NCBI GenBank assembly: GCA_963693365.1
Contig: CAVNZM010000017.1
Span: 1,031,989 to 1,095,988 of the forward strand
DNA from: Amoebidium appalachense
Lineage: Eukaryota > Protista > Ichthyosporea
Direction: 5' to 3'
DNA: 64,000 nt
A model generated the notes under the pieces. That model was given only the letters and a program-made list of their open reading frames with translations, ran no database searches and was not told the DNA's origin. Positions 30,590 to 63,302 of this stretch are shown piece after piece. Within the stretch, counting starts at the first letter, position 1, and every line of letters begins with the position of its first letter. The position numbers and the translations under genes are program-made.

Positions 30590-31650
30590 TCGAATATACT
30601 GGCAGTACTAGTATACTCAGACTATAACCAATATATGGTGTCCTTATCTGTATCAGTATTGGTGACAGTATTATAGATGTATTCGTGACATTGCCAATAC
30701 CACTTCAAGTTGTGCCTTAGATATTCGCAATAGGATAAAAGTTTTTTTGCTATCAGTATCATGTCCTAGCAATATGGGTGTGATATGGGTAGGATATGAT
30801 CTACATAATGTCAGTATATGTCCACCCTATTACCACGGTATTAGCAATGTACTGCGCATACAAGGACAACACTCCGAATATGTTTGTTGAATGATGTGTT
30901 GGCAATACATTCACAATATCGCGACTACATAGGTAAAGTTATCTGATCTTTCATCCCCAATATTTTACCAATATATTGGCAATAAAATACACGCCCCATA
31001 TTTTCGGTTGCTTTTACCTATTGATAATAGGTGCATAATAGTCTTGATATTGTGACGGATACATTGGCAATACATTTCGACCGAATTGATATCCTATTAT
31101 AATCATATCATAACCCTATACCCAATAGCCGACATTATGTTTGTATCGGCCATATGGGACATATGGGTTGGGGATATTGCCAATATCACAAAATGGTCAG
31201 GAAGAATACATTGATAATATATTGGCAATAGTCTTGCCACGTTGGACAATACCATAATTTGACACAAAATTGTCCTACATTTTATATATTCATAACGTAT
31301 TGACAATACTCCACAAGCAATCGTGTAATACCGAATAAGTACATTGACAATATCGGAAGTGTATTGTTAATAGGCACACGTACACGCATTTTGGGATATT
31401 GCCAGTACATTACTCATACGGTATATAGTTATTGGTGGTAGACCTGACATGGTCTGACAATATTATGAAAATATTATGCCGATATTACGTCAATATTACA
31501 GTTCTATTACACTTCTATAGCGTCTCTACCACAGAAAATCTCTACTCGCAATACATTGGCAATTGATAATTGATATTACTTCAGTATTAGTCTGGTGTTT
31601 TTACGATATTGGCAATAGATAATAGCCTCACAATATTGGCAATACCACGG
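30590..31650. repeat. AT-rich degenerate array of the near-palindromic motif TATTG(G/A/C)CAATA
   Basis: More than 15 variant copies, e.g. atattggcaata at ~30973, ~31219, ~31606 and ~31633; cattggcaatac ~31062; atattgccaata ~31174; tattgacaatac ~31298. Confidence 0.75.
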
Positions 31651-32419
31651 GGAAATTTGCAGTGATGCTCTGGCGAGTCAGCGTATGAATGGGTTAGGCT
31701 TTCGCTTTTGTTTTCATTTGGTTAGGCTTCCTTCTTATCATCCTTTGTTGCAATTCTTTCCTTCTTTAGCACCTGTTCCCGGCATTTCTAATGTTCGTGC
31801 GAAATGTCCTATCCCCAACACACACACACACACACACTCTCTCTCTCTCTCCAAACGGGGTATACACTCACGTGCACTGTTTAACTTGAACACACACACA
31901 TATACACCACACAGAGGCACGGTATGATAGCCACCGCTTGAACCAGTGCCCCTCCACGTGTTAACACACACCAACACACCAACTTGCACGTGCAATGCCA
32001 TGTCTCCCTTCTCCCCCCCCCCCCCCCCTCCCCCCCCCCCCCCCCCCCCCCCGGGGCCAAGAAGTATAAGGACGGCCAAAACTTGACCTCATAATTGAAA
32101 ATTAAGATACCGTCCCCACCCCCCCAAAAGTGTGGAATCTTGGTCTCGGACGCAAACTGTATATCACCCCTCATGATTTGACTGGCCGGCGTGAGCGATG
32201 TTTCGAATGTGAATGTTTTTTCTCAATAACGTTAACCCCTAGCAGGTATCAGCAGGATTAGTGATTGTAGGTAACTAGTGATAAGATAATAGCCGCCCAG
32301 GACGGTTGGTGGCATATATACATATGTAGGGCCACCCAAACGATATGCAGTTTGCATGAAACTGTTACCAAAAAATGCTCGGATCCGGAGGAGAGAGAGC
32401 CGGCACCGCAACACATATT

Positions 32420-33543
32420 TCAAACCTGTGAAGAACTCACAAAAGTATGTATATTTGGCATGCTTTTGCACAAGGCAAAAACATCCCTCTGCGAGACCCC
32501 GTTTTCGTGGCGTTCGTACGAAATACGATCGTCCAGAAGATTGTGGGCTTGGAAAGTGTCCATTTTATCTTGCAGGAAATGGGTGCGGCGTGGCCAGGGG
32601 GTGAGTTGCAGAGTGTCAAGGTCAAGGACAGGTCGGTCGGGGTAGTCGTTTTTGGTGCCTAGGGCACGTTGTTTCTTGGTGGTAAACATCGTGCCGTTGT
32701 TACGTATCCAGGAATTTCGGGTGTCTGTGTTGAGATCTGGATTTGACTTGACCGGAGCAGGGGGGCTGGTTTTTGCTTGGGTGTTGACTAGAAGGGCCAT
32801 TGCCTTTGACAAAGTGGAGAGGGCGTCACCCAAGTCGTTGCTGTTGCTTTGGGAATGTGTCGTTAAAGGTGACGGATTGGTGGTAGAAGGCGATCGTGAT
32901 CCCCAGTATTATAATTTCGGTGTGTACAGCGGTAGCGGGGCGCACTGAGGAGCCGAGGTATTCGTGCATGGTGGAAGGGAGGCGGGTGCTAGGGTGTGTC
33001 TTTGTCACAGGTTTTGCTTGGTTGCGGAGAGCCAACAGGGTGCTCTCAAAGGCAGAGTCTGCGTCGTCTGTGACGTCCGTGGGGGCGGGGGTGGGGTCGA
33101 CATGGGTGGTAGTTGGGGTGGGTATGGGTGCGTAGGGGATGGGCTTGTGTGACTCCCAGTCGCCGTGATCAACTTGCTGAAGGAGGGTGGTGGCGAATTC
33201 CTGGAGCCACTTCGGGGTGAAAGCTTCAGCTGTGGGCTTCCACTCAGACCCCGGTGTAAATTGTAATGCCAATTTTAGAGAGGAGTTTCTGAAAGGAACG
33301 AATTAGAAGGTGGATGTTGGGTTCTCCTTCGGGAACTGGGTGATGGCTCAAACGTAAGAGTGTCATGTAGATGGAGGTGTTGTGTAGCCAAGAGAAACTA
33401 TCAGGGTGGTAGGTGTCCCAGTTTTTCTGGAAATCATGAATCTGAGCATAGCAGAACTTGAGCTTCTTGTGTGCTGCTGCCATGTCGGCCTCTGTGTGGT
33501 CATCCCCTTGCAGCGGAGAGCTCGTTTCGGACATGGTAGGCAA
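32420..33543 (-). pseudogene. Frameshifted single long ORF, probably a truncated retroelement ORF1/gag-like relic
   Basis: Three overlapping minus-strand ORFs (33543-33244, 33272-32826, ~32900-32420) read as one protein with two frameshifts. It is intronless, has a Pro/Thr-rich linker and is free of microsatellites. No RT or integrase was seen, so the TE assignment is inference. Confidence 0.45.
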
Positions 33544-33639
33544 ATTACGAAAGGGAACCGTCTAAGACAACTGGCAAAGGGCTATGTGTCGCCAAAGCAA
33601 AACGACACACCTAAAAACCCAAATAATGGCTCCAAAATG

Positions 33640-33735
33640 GAGCTTATATGCTGGAGGGAGGAATTCTTGTACCTAAACCACAGCTATGACACGTAGCCAA
33701 TCAGAACTACCAATTCAAAAGTCAGCCAATCAGAA
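33640..33735 (-). promoter_or_regulatory. Promoter of the decayed ORF: duplicated CCAAT box plus TATA-like motif
   Basis: AGCCAATCAGAA occurs twice (33695-33706 and 33724-33735). CATATAAG lies on the minus strand near 33642-33649, ~100 bp upstream of the ATG at 33543. Confidence 0.45.
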
Positions 33736-34360
33736 CCGAATATCCCGAAATGGTTCACACTACAAAATTCTCATGCAATATCCTGTATCGACACACCCTC
33801 ACGCTCACCTTCCCCTCCGTTCTGTCGAGATAACAATGCTGTTTTAGATTAGGGCATGCCAAACGGTTAAAATAAGGTTTTATGTGCGAATTTCGCCAAC
33901 TTGGGGCCCGGTCCCCAATATAAGCGTACAACAATACTTTTGGATTATGTACAGTCTGGGATAACAAGGGGCATGAGACATGAACGCATGAAAACTTTGT
34001 TATTCTACCATTGCAGGGCATTGATAAACAATACATACAGGAGCTTTGGGGGATTACGCCTTTTGTGATATGATATACCTGTACATAGAGAGATAGTCGA
34101 AGGCCATCCGTCAGTCTGAGCATCAGGAATGCATGCCAAGACTGATACACAATCCGCTCAGTCACCATCCGCTCAGCCACAAACACAACTATAAATGACG
34201 AACCGACAGGCATGTTGCCTTCAGTTCTATCGACATCCTTATTCTGTACTCTCAGTTCCAAACTCTCTTCTCTCTATCCTCCTTCCCACACTCTCCAACG
34301 ATTTCAACATCACACTTTCCAAAGTGGCTAAATCCTATTGGCCAACGTTCTGCATGTAGC

Positions 34361-34568
34361 CAGGGGTTGAAATACGACCTCAAACCGTCGTATTTACGAT
34401 TTAGCAGACTCCCCACATGTCGTTAAACACCTACATGTCGTTAATCACCTACATGTCGTTAATGCACCTACATGTCGTTAATAAACAGCACATTCCCCCC
34501 CTGAAAAGTGTTAAAATCCTTGGAATTTGCGAAAATAGGGTGACGGCGCCAAAACCCTTCAACCCCTG
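34361..34568. mobile_element. hAT-type MITE, 208 bp
   Basis: Perfect 11-bp TIRs CAGGGGTTGAA / TTCAACCCCTG and a degenerate 8-bp TSD (CATGTAGC vs CATGTGGG). Four internal tandem copies of ACATGTCGTTAA (~34415-34482). Confidence 0.75.
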
Positions 34569-35012
34569 CATGTGGGCTATATAAAGCACTTCAGCAATCT
34601 GATGCCAGCAAATTTTCTGCGGTCGCCTTAGTACCATTCACCATTATATCCACGTATTCTACCCACTCCGGATCCGGGCCATTTTGTTTATTATACCATG
34701 GATTTAAGGTAAACCCTTTGTGCGAGGCTTATAATGTGAGGGGCATTACTAATAATTGGACACAGCATGGCTCCCAACTCTTTAATATTATAATTATATA
34801 TCATGCGTAGGACTAGTAGCTACTAGCTATTTATAAGGTCGTTCGTTTTTTCTTCATCATAGCTTAGGAGCCCATTATGAGTAATCGTAGTAATGTCCAT
34901 GGTTTGAAGACGACAATTTGAATGCTTGTGAGTAATTATAATAATTACATAAATATATGTTCCACTGAACGTAGTAACACCATTCTTCTTCTTCCCCCCA
35001 GAGCCTCTCCAA

Positions 35013-36450
35013 ATGCTGTCCTGCCTTCTCCTGGGCATGGCTGCTTTCACGGCCCCAACCCTTGTTGAGGGCAGCCTCAAGTGGGACAAAGGATCTAAGT
35101 GCAGACCACAATACCAGCCCGATTCCCGATCGGTGCTCGTGCCCATACTGTGCCATCGGATATGGTGAACGACCAGTCGAATGCAAGAACCATTAATTAA
35201 TTGGCCACATACATTACATTCATTTAAAAATTTGCTGCTGCATATGCATGGTACGTGAAGCCCTCCGATAGCAAGAAACTTTGTCACTGAGTCTTTGCAT
35301 ATCATGATGTCTACTGTTACTAGTGCCATATTTAGAAGGATATGTATGTATGGACCGGACACGTGTACACAAGTTGAAATCGTGACAGCACCAGTTGAAC
35401 ATAAAAATATATATTATAAAATCTCATTCTCCTGCAGCTTGGCTTTGGACGTGGCCACGTGAAAGCAACTTAGCACCTAGATCTATCACAACCCCTACCG
35501 TTCCTCCATTGCATGTCTTCCGATTCGAACCTTGTATATTGATATGTACGCAGAGCATGTACATGTACAGAAGAACTCGAATCATCATTTCTTGTGTGTG
35601 CAGCTGGTTGTCCGATTGATTAAATTTTGGGGTGTGACACAAATTACTAATGAGCTATTGCAAGGCCTTCAGGGGCCACCGATGCGGGCTGCAAGGAGGA
35701 AGCCAACAGCGTGTAGAACACCACCAAGGCCGGCTGCGCCGAGCTGTGCCGCACGACCAGCCCCCCCTGCTTGTTTGCACGATATATGAGGCATCTACGC
35801 GCCAATGTAGCATCTACACGGACACGCACTGCACGCCCACCAAGAAGAAGAGCTCGGGGGTGTTCATGGGTTTGCGCAGTGCCGTGGGCTACTGCGGGGC
35901 GCCCTGTAAGTACGACACTGACTGCGTGCGCAATGCCTGCAGCGTGTGCGGCAAGGAGGGCAGGTGCGTGCCGGCCAAGGGGGTCAAGGCCGATGAGGAC
36001 AAGCTGGGCAGGGCGGCGGTGGCGCTGCATTCACGGGCCACGGCCAGCTGACGTGCCGCAGTGACGTCACGACGACTGCGGCGGCAAGTGCGGCAAGTGC
36101 AGATCGATTCTCGGCGGCTTAGGCATCTGCGAGATGCCCGAGTCGGTCGAAGTGGCTAAGGAGAAGACGGAGGATGCCAAGGAGAAGGCCCGCCGTGACG
36201 CCTATTTGTTTGCTGGGCGCCACCGTTCACGGCGAGCTGCAAGAAGCCCTCATATCCCCCGTATGGCAACTGCGGGATCAACTGCAACATCGACCGCGGC
36301 TGTGGCACACTTGCGGAGGAATATGGCTTGCCAAACACGTGCCACTATTGCGGCGCTGACTATGCCACGCAACTAGGCTGTTTTGGCATGGCACTATAAG
36401 TGCAGTGTGTCTGCTGATCGGGCAAGGAGCAGGGGGATAATTATATGAGG
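35013..36450 (+). pseudogene. Decayed secreted Cys-rich protein gene (signal peptide, PAN/apple-like module, small disulfide repeats)
   Basis: MLSCLLLGMAAFTAPTLVEG signal peptide, then CSCPYC after a frameshift. GCKEEANSV*NTTKAGCAELCRTTSPP / YEASTRQCSIYTDTHC carries a stop and a frameshift. It continues with YCGAPCKYDTDCVRNACSVCGKEGRCVP, DDCGGKCGKC..GICE and YGNCGINCNIDRGCG in shifting frames. Confidence 0.6.
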
Positions 36451-36829
36451 ATATCCCGGGCACGAATACGTACCAGCATGCTAGTCTACAGCAGTGTACG
36501 TGGACATGAGTGATTCACGTTTTGTCGCCCAACACTGTCTCTGCGGGCCGGGCCGCACGTAATTTTTCGGGCCTATGTATGACAATGTAAAGTATTTAAT
36601 AACGACTCTACTATGGAGCATCTTGGCACCTGAGTCAAAAGCACACAATCTATTTCTGTCACGTTACCTTGATGACATTGTTTTGTTTACCCCCAATTCC
36701 CTTTACCGCATACAAAGAAAATTTTGTAAACTGATCAGCTGTGTTGGGTGTTGACATATCTGCCTCTCTCTCCCTCCCTCCCCCCCCCCCCCCTCTCTCT
36801 CTCCCCCTCTCCCTCCCTCCCTCCCTCCC

Positions 36830-36873
<44 letters not shown>

Positions 36874-36874
36874 A

Positions 36875-36928
<54 letters not shown>

Positions 36929-37265
36929 CCCCTCCCCCCCCCCCCCCCCCCCCCCCCCCCGCGCTCCTCTCCGACTCTGGCTCGCTTTCTCCTCGCTGTT
37001 TCTCATCTCTTTAAAACTCTTTATAAAACTCCGTATCTCTCTCATCCCCCCCCCCCCCCCCCCCCCCGGCCCCCTCCCTCTCTCTATCTTTCTCCGATGC
37101 TCCCCTCCCCCCTTCTCTCCCCCTCTGTCTTCCGGGTCCAACACCCCATCCCTTACGGTAACCCCCCTCCGCTCCCCACACGCACACACACACACACAAG
37201 CACGCACCAACACACGCGCACGATGATTTATATGCTTGCCAAAATGAATAGCTCCGTGCTGTAGT

Positions 37266-37338
<73 letters not shown>

Positions 37339-37824
37339 CAAGTCTTTCATTCATTTATGCGTGCACCTTCCAGGCCGGTTGACCCAACCTTTAAAGGCGG
37401 ACCGTTCAAGTTGGCAACGAGTGGAAGTTCAAGCACATGTAGATGCTCCCCCTCCCCCCCCCCCCCCCCCCCCCCCCCCTTTTCATACAACACAAAACAG
37501 AAAAATAAACGCGGCATATTTGCATACAGCAGTAAATGATAAAAATTCTGTTGGCACCCGTGGGGCCTACCATGATGCATACTGCCGTCATTGATTGACA
37601 TGCAGTGTTACTAAGTTAACTTAGTCTAGTTAATTAATCCAACGGTGTGTGTGTGTGTTGTCGTGCTTACACCAGCGGCCTTAACAATTCACGGTTTACT
37701 CGATGCATAAAAAGAAGCAAGCAACGTTGAGTACATGACGTCGACCCCTCCATGAGAATGACGCTAGATATTAATATGCCCTCGGCAGCTCGAGTAAAAC
37801 AGCAACGAATAATAAAGAAAACAT

Positions 37825-38047
37825 TCTATCTCCACTAATAATGATAATAAAACCAATATATCCCCACTAATAATGATAATAAAACCACCGTGGCTATCTC
37901 CACTAATAATGATAATAAAACCATTATATCTCCAATGGACCACTAATAATGATAATAAAACCATTATATCTCCACTAATGATGATAATAAAACCATTATA
38001 TCTCCACTAATAACTAACACTAAAAAAACCATTACATATATCTCCAC
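37825..38047. repeat. ~32-bp minisatellite TATCTCCACTAATAATGATAATAAAACCAT, about 6-7 imperfect copies
   Basis: Directly visible tandem units. Confidence 0.9.
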
Positions 38048-38517
38048 GTATGATGCCACGGACGTGCACCAGTTTTGACTTTGGTCAAGGCCGACACATC
38101 ATCACAGCTCACATATGTGTCGTTTATAAACAGCAGCATTCCCCCCCAACTTGTAATATAGTGTAGAAAAGTTTCTTCTTTTTTTTTTAACCCTTAGGAA
38201 GAGAAGAAAACTGAATGGAAAAAGAAAGAGCATCGGTTGTACCTTCCTGAAACTCGGTACCCGTCTGAGGCCAACCGTAATTCCAGTCTAACCGCACCCA
38301 ACTAATTTTTATACACACACCGACAAAACACATTTGTAATTTGTAGGTTAGTAATGCCATTTCAATTGCAAGCGTAAAGGGGGGGAAAATGTGAGGGCTG
38401 ATGTGTGGGTGTGTACGCTGTGCGTGCCTGTGTATGCGCGTGCGGGCCCGTGTGTGTGTGTTTGTGTGTTTGTGTGTGTGTGTATGTGTGTGCGTGCGCG
38501 CGTGTGTGTGTGTACGC

Positions 38518-38690
<173 letters not shown>

Positions 38691-39299
38691 CGTGTGTGTG
38701 TGTGTGTGTGTGTGCGCACACACACATGCGCACATGCATGAGGCTGTGAGTCTGCACATATCCGTACTCTCGTACATATGAGTTCACATGTGTGTGTGTG
38801 CACCTGATGTCTGCCCGCCCAGGTGTTGACAACGTTAATACACAGCTTTATAATGTAACTGTACGAACAAATCCGTCTTAGGAGCTCCGGCGCAAGGTTA
38901 CGAGGCATTAAAATTTATTATCCTACAACCACCAATTTCAGTTGTTTTAATCATTCATGTCACGTAGCTTTTAAGCCGATTGATACTAGAATGTTACCGT
39001 GGTTCAAAAAAGAAAAAAGAATGAAAGAAAGAAAGAAAGAAATAAATAAAAAGAAAGAAAGAACGAAAGAGGAAGACAGACAGACAGAAAGAGAGAGAGA
39101 GAGAAAGAAAGAAAGAAGAAAAGGAAAGAAAGGAAAAGAGAGGTAAAAAACAAAACATTCGCTGTATTATAAATGAAACCCCTGTTTATTACCCTTTTGC
39201 AGCACAAACGGATTGTTGAGTAGGGCAGAAAAAACGACAATGGTCCTTCGTACACACAGGGTAAGTGTGTGTGTGGGTGAGTGTGTGTGTGTGTGTGTT

Positions 39300-39473
<174 letters not shown>

Positions 39474-39680
39474 AGGGTTTGCAACAGTGCAAAGCATCGA
39501 TTTCTAGCAAAACCAAGACATGCCTTTTCGTTAACCATACGTATTTGCTCATTCTATCAAACACTCTACCGTAAAAACCCTACTCTGGGGAAGAAAAGCA
39601 GAACCAAAGGGGGTTAAAAAAAAAAGAAAAAAAAAAAAAAAGAAAAAAAAAGGGAAGAAAACTTCAACCCAAAGGGGTGT

Positions 39681-46112
<6,432 letters not shown>

Positions 46113-47390
46113 CTCTCACCAGAGCTCTCAACTTGTTCTTAGCACTTGCGTGCGTTTCATCTTACTTCAAAGAGGGCGTGTATCTTTCGTTATATAGACT
46201 ATGAATGACTGTATAATACTATAGAGGTTGAAAAGGCATGGTGTTTCTAACTTGAGTTCATGTTTTTATAATGCTCTTTTTCCATACTCGTTTCATTTTG
46301 TATATTTATCAAGAAAAGGTCTGGCGTGAACACTGGCTGACTGGCTTTGAAAAAACACGGGGACATAAACGTCCAATTAGATGCGATTTCAACCATTTGC
46401 GTAACCAGCGTCCTTGTTGTTTTCTGTGATAACGAACCAATGAACTTTAAGGATCTATGCACAGATCGATCATGATTCATGATCTTGCCAGATCTGCCAG
46501 ATCAAGCGCACGTGCAGCCACACATGCATATGACTTCGGGGAGTTCGGAACTTGAAGCGAAATTCTTCTGATGGTTGCATGTAGAAATGGTAGTTTGTCC
46601 CTGTAAATTATCAATGCATACAACTTTTCCATTTAAGATAAAGTGAGAAGCTTGCTTTCTTATATGTGCTGTGTAAATGACAACCACTGAAGACAGCGCC
46701 ATGCGTGAGCAGAATGCACTTTCTAAAAGATGAAGTTATCAGGAATGCGTTCAGCCATATCGAAGTCTGCTACTATTGGTTACTTTTAACATGGAATGCA
46801 GAGACTTGCAGAAACGTTTGACGACTATATTTAGAACTAAATAAATAGCTCCTCGGTGTCAGACTGTCAGACTCTCTGATCTGGCGTACAAACAACCTTT
46901 CATACTCCATCAATACAATGCTGTTCGTACTTCCTGCTTTTTTTTTATCTGTTTTGTGTTTACAGTGCTTTATCACAAGCGGCCGGATGTTTGACCTGGA
47001 CACGTGAGAAGGTCGAAGGTTCAGTTGAGATCTGAAGGTATGCGAACCGCATACCAGCGTTTTTCGATGACGACAATCATCTACCAGTATATATAGGTTT
47101 ATGGGGGTTTACGCTGTTTACTCGAGGCAAAGAGAACCAGTCTCAGGTATGGGGGGGGGGGGTTTGCTCGGAATATCCCCTCAGCGGTATATCATGATCA
47201 CGTACATAGATGTCGGGTGGTGACTATATATCAGGGTTTACTTTCTCTACGAGACACCATAAAGACTACAAGGAGAAATCAATTAGTTGGGGTTCCCCGT
47301 TTTTTTATTTTTTTTTATTTTTTTTTATTTTTTTTTATTATTTTTTTTTTTTTTAAAGGGGCTCCCCTCGGGACACTCGGTATCAGCTGG

Positions 47391-47445
<55 letters not shown>

Positions 47446-48979
47446 TGTGTGTGTGTGCGCGTGCGCTATAATTTTGTAGTGATGTGTTTCTCAAGCCAAT
47501 CAATACATCTAATAAACAGGTCGTAGTTACGCGTGTTTAGTATAAAATCAAGGATGTTGTAATTTACAGGTAGGCTATCTTTCTGGGTGTCTGTTGTGAA
47601 TGTGACGTGTGTGTGTTGCGGTATTATGTGGTCTATCAAACTACATTTGGCGATACATGACCGGTTAAACTGGTGTGTGTGTGTGTTGTTTGGGCATGCA
47701 AATGATGCCACCTTATACTTATTAGATCTCCACTGTATAGCACGTGTACAGTAAAAGCGTGGTAATTGATCAATAATACCATCAGCTAGAGAAAGACCAG
47801 TTCTACAGGAAGGTAATATGTATTTAGGTGTTATACACTTGCGAGTGCCATATTTGGCAATATGGTTGAGGCGGTCAGTATATATAAAACGAGACATAAG
47901 GCTTAGTTTTTCAAGGTGTATGCTTTCATCGGGTCTAGTGTCGTGTGGTATCTTTTTCCATTTGTTATATTGCGTGATTATCTTGTGATTGTGTACATGT
48001 TTAATAAGTAAGTGGCAGTCCAAAGTCACACACACACTATTGCGGGGTTTATTTGTATTTGTGCCCAGGGGAGAAGGGGAGAGAGAGGGGAGGAAAGAGG
48101 GGAGAGGTGAGGAGGGGACAGGTCGGATAGAGAAGAGATAGGTTTATTATTATAAATATATCACGTTACAGTTAGTAGCTATTACAGCAATTCTGAAATG
48201 GACCAAAAAATACGAGTTCAGCAGTGAATAGTCGTAAGAAGTATACACCATAAATGGGTGTAGGGACGCATGGAGTGACGCATGGCCTCCAGAATCAAGG
48301 GCAGATAAAACGGCTGCGAAATTCGCTTTGATGTATCAACTATATATCTCTTGAGTTGCTCATATTTATTGCAAGAGCGCGGAAACCCAAAGTAGAGAGA
48401 AAATCATGCAAGTTTGGCAGACCGCTTTATCGGCCCATATACACCATACCTATGTAGTAATTTATTTTTCTAATGCAGCTAATCCTATAGTAGCTTGTTA
48501 TAGTGTATATCTGTTCTGTTTTTCGAGTATGAGTTGTTGGTTCGCAATGCATCAGCGGCCCGCCAAATTCGAATTCCGACAAAACCCAGTCGCGGAGTTT
48601 ATTTACTCCAGAAAAATGGAAATATTTATTTTTCTTCCCAGCTGGAGCTCGCCGAGGGAAAAGATGATGAATCATTGAATTCCGCCATAATTCAAGGTTT
48701 TACTGTTATTTTGCTTTCGTTATCTATGCGGACGAAAAGATACAAAACGTTGTTGTGAATATGAAGACAGGCACACACGCCAACGCCTGTGTGTTGAGAC
48801 GACTTGTGAAATCCACACATTAACCAATTGCACAAGAATCAGCGCTCTTCAACCGTGCATAACTGCTACCGTCAAAAACGAGATCTGTGCCCCGCACAAC
48901 ACTTCACTAAATCACCATTTCACACGTTTCTTGCATGCACACGTGTATCACTTGAGATGGTGGCATGTGCACACCACCC

Positions 48980-61460
<12,481 letters not shown>

Positions 61461-61834
61461 TGCTGGTGTTGGTATATCTTATGAATTCCTACTGTGGTTC
61501 GTGGTTAGCATAGCATGTGTTATGCGAATGATTCGATGGTAAAATGGTACAGATATATATCGGTCATGGGTAGCATAGCGAATCTTTTTTTTTTCATGCT
61601 AAATTAGTAATTTCATTTGAAAAGGTATGATCCGTATAATGCTGTACTATTAGGTGTGCATAAAGCAAAATGCCTTGATTTCTTGGTATCCAAAAACAAA
61701 CGGCGGTGCTGGTCATTGACAAGACGTTAATAAACAACGTTACTTAAACTTAGTGCCTCAAAAAAGCCGAATCCGTGTGTGTCATGTGTTTTTTGTGTGT
61801 GGGTGTGTGGTGGGCCAGGTGGTGGTGGTGGTGT

Positions 61835-61890
<56 letters not shown>

Positions 61891-62212
61891 GCGGGGGGAG
61901 GGGGAAGGGGGGGAGCATGGAAGCTAAGAGGCTGAGCCTCGTCACATCTCATGATCATCAACTACTCTATCTCTCCGACATCGAGTTTTATGTTCATACT
62001 TCATGATCAATGCTTTCCCGTTTTATTCAGTGACACGTCTGAACTGGCGCACATGTGCCGTGAGTACTTATTAGTCCAAAATAGATACAAAAGCAACAGA
62101 AAATCATAAGGAAAAAAAACAAAAACATTCTCATCGGGCATCGAATATCGATGTTTCAATCACGATCTTTGCTTTGTTCGCTGTCTGAAGCTAACTCCCA
62201 ATATATATATGT

Positions 62213-62246
<34 letters not shown>

Positions 62247-62633
62247 TATATAACATCCGATCCCTCTCTCAGTTGTGATCATGAGCCTCGTGGCCATGCC
62301 ACACCCAGCACCCACTTGGCACTGTAGAGTTACACGTTGCCGGCGAGGGACACATGCCATTACTATGTTAGGTCTCTCTAACAAAAAAATACTATTGCAA
62401 TTGGGGGATTAGTTAGGTCGGGCCCACGTTTCCTATACCGCCTTGCCTTTTTAGGGTAGGCTGTTATGACTTGTCATGCGCCCGTATCACCGGCTCAAAT
62501 TGACTAACTTTCCTATTGGTTTGTGTTTGGCGCCCGCAAGAGTCGCACACCAAACACTGTTGAGCATTTAGTTTTTGCCGCCTGCGACCACTGCAGTCAT
62601 TAGGGGAACAAGTACCTGTGCGCTCCAGGTACC

Positions 62634-62840
62634 ATGACGCGTAAAGTGGGTAGCAAGAATAAAAGCCGGGGTAAGGCCGGTGGCAAGAGAGAGAATGCTG
62701 GCCGGCCTACTAGCTTGAGTAAGGCTGCAAGTGGCACCCAAAGTATAGTTCCCTTCTTTTCTAAACAGCAACAGGCTGTGCAGTTAGCTCAGGGGGGGCG
62801 TGAAAGTAGTGTTGAGGAGGAGGAAGAAGTGAGGATTTGA
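62634..62840 (+). mobile_element. Possible 5' fragment of a transposon ORF
   Basis: MTRKVGSKNKSRGKAGGKRENAGRP has a basic GGxRxxAGRP (AT-hook-like) start of the kind seen in some TE proteins. It has an upstream CCAAT box (~62515) and is truncated by a stop and simple repeats. Confidence 0.3.
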
Positions 62841-63302
62841 TTCTTAAAGTGACATTGCTGGCACTTGAATATCAAGCAGTACTTCCATGCCACAACTCAA
62901 TTATAATTCCCCCCTCCCCCCCCTCCCCCTCCCCCCTCCCCCTTCCCCTTCTCCCCCTTCCCCTTCTCCGGGGCTGCCCACCCGTCCATCTTTTCATCCT
63001 CAAAAATCACCAATCAAACACCCAAAACCAAACAAATCCCTCCCCCCTCCCCCCCCCCCCCCCCCAAAAAAAAAAAAAAAAAAAAAAGAGAGGGAAAAGA
63101 AAAAAAAAGAAAACGGAAAAAAAAAATTAAAATAAAAACAGAATGAGAACTAAGATGGTGACTGCTGACCTGTCATTCAAGACACCGTAAAAAGAAGTAA
63201 GAATATATGTGTGTGTATTACATATTGAAGGCGCGCAAAATCTCACATACAACAATCCTCCTACATTCTGTAAAATTTCAGTTTCAGACCCCCACCCCAA
63301 TC

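Noticed and set aside
37825-38047. CRISPR-like look of the ~32-bp repeat
   Set aside because: Units are head-to-tail without unique spacers, there are no cas genes, and the context is eukaryotic.
46250-48035. ORFs of 66-189 aa in the GT25/beta-helix intergenic region (possible TE relics)
   Set aside because: No convincing catalytic motif; an IYTD string alone is insufficient to call RNase H.
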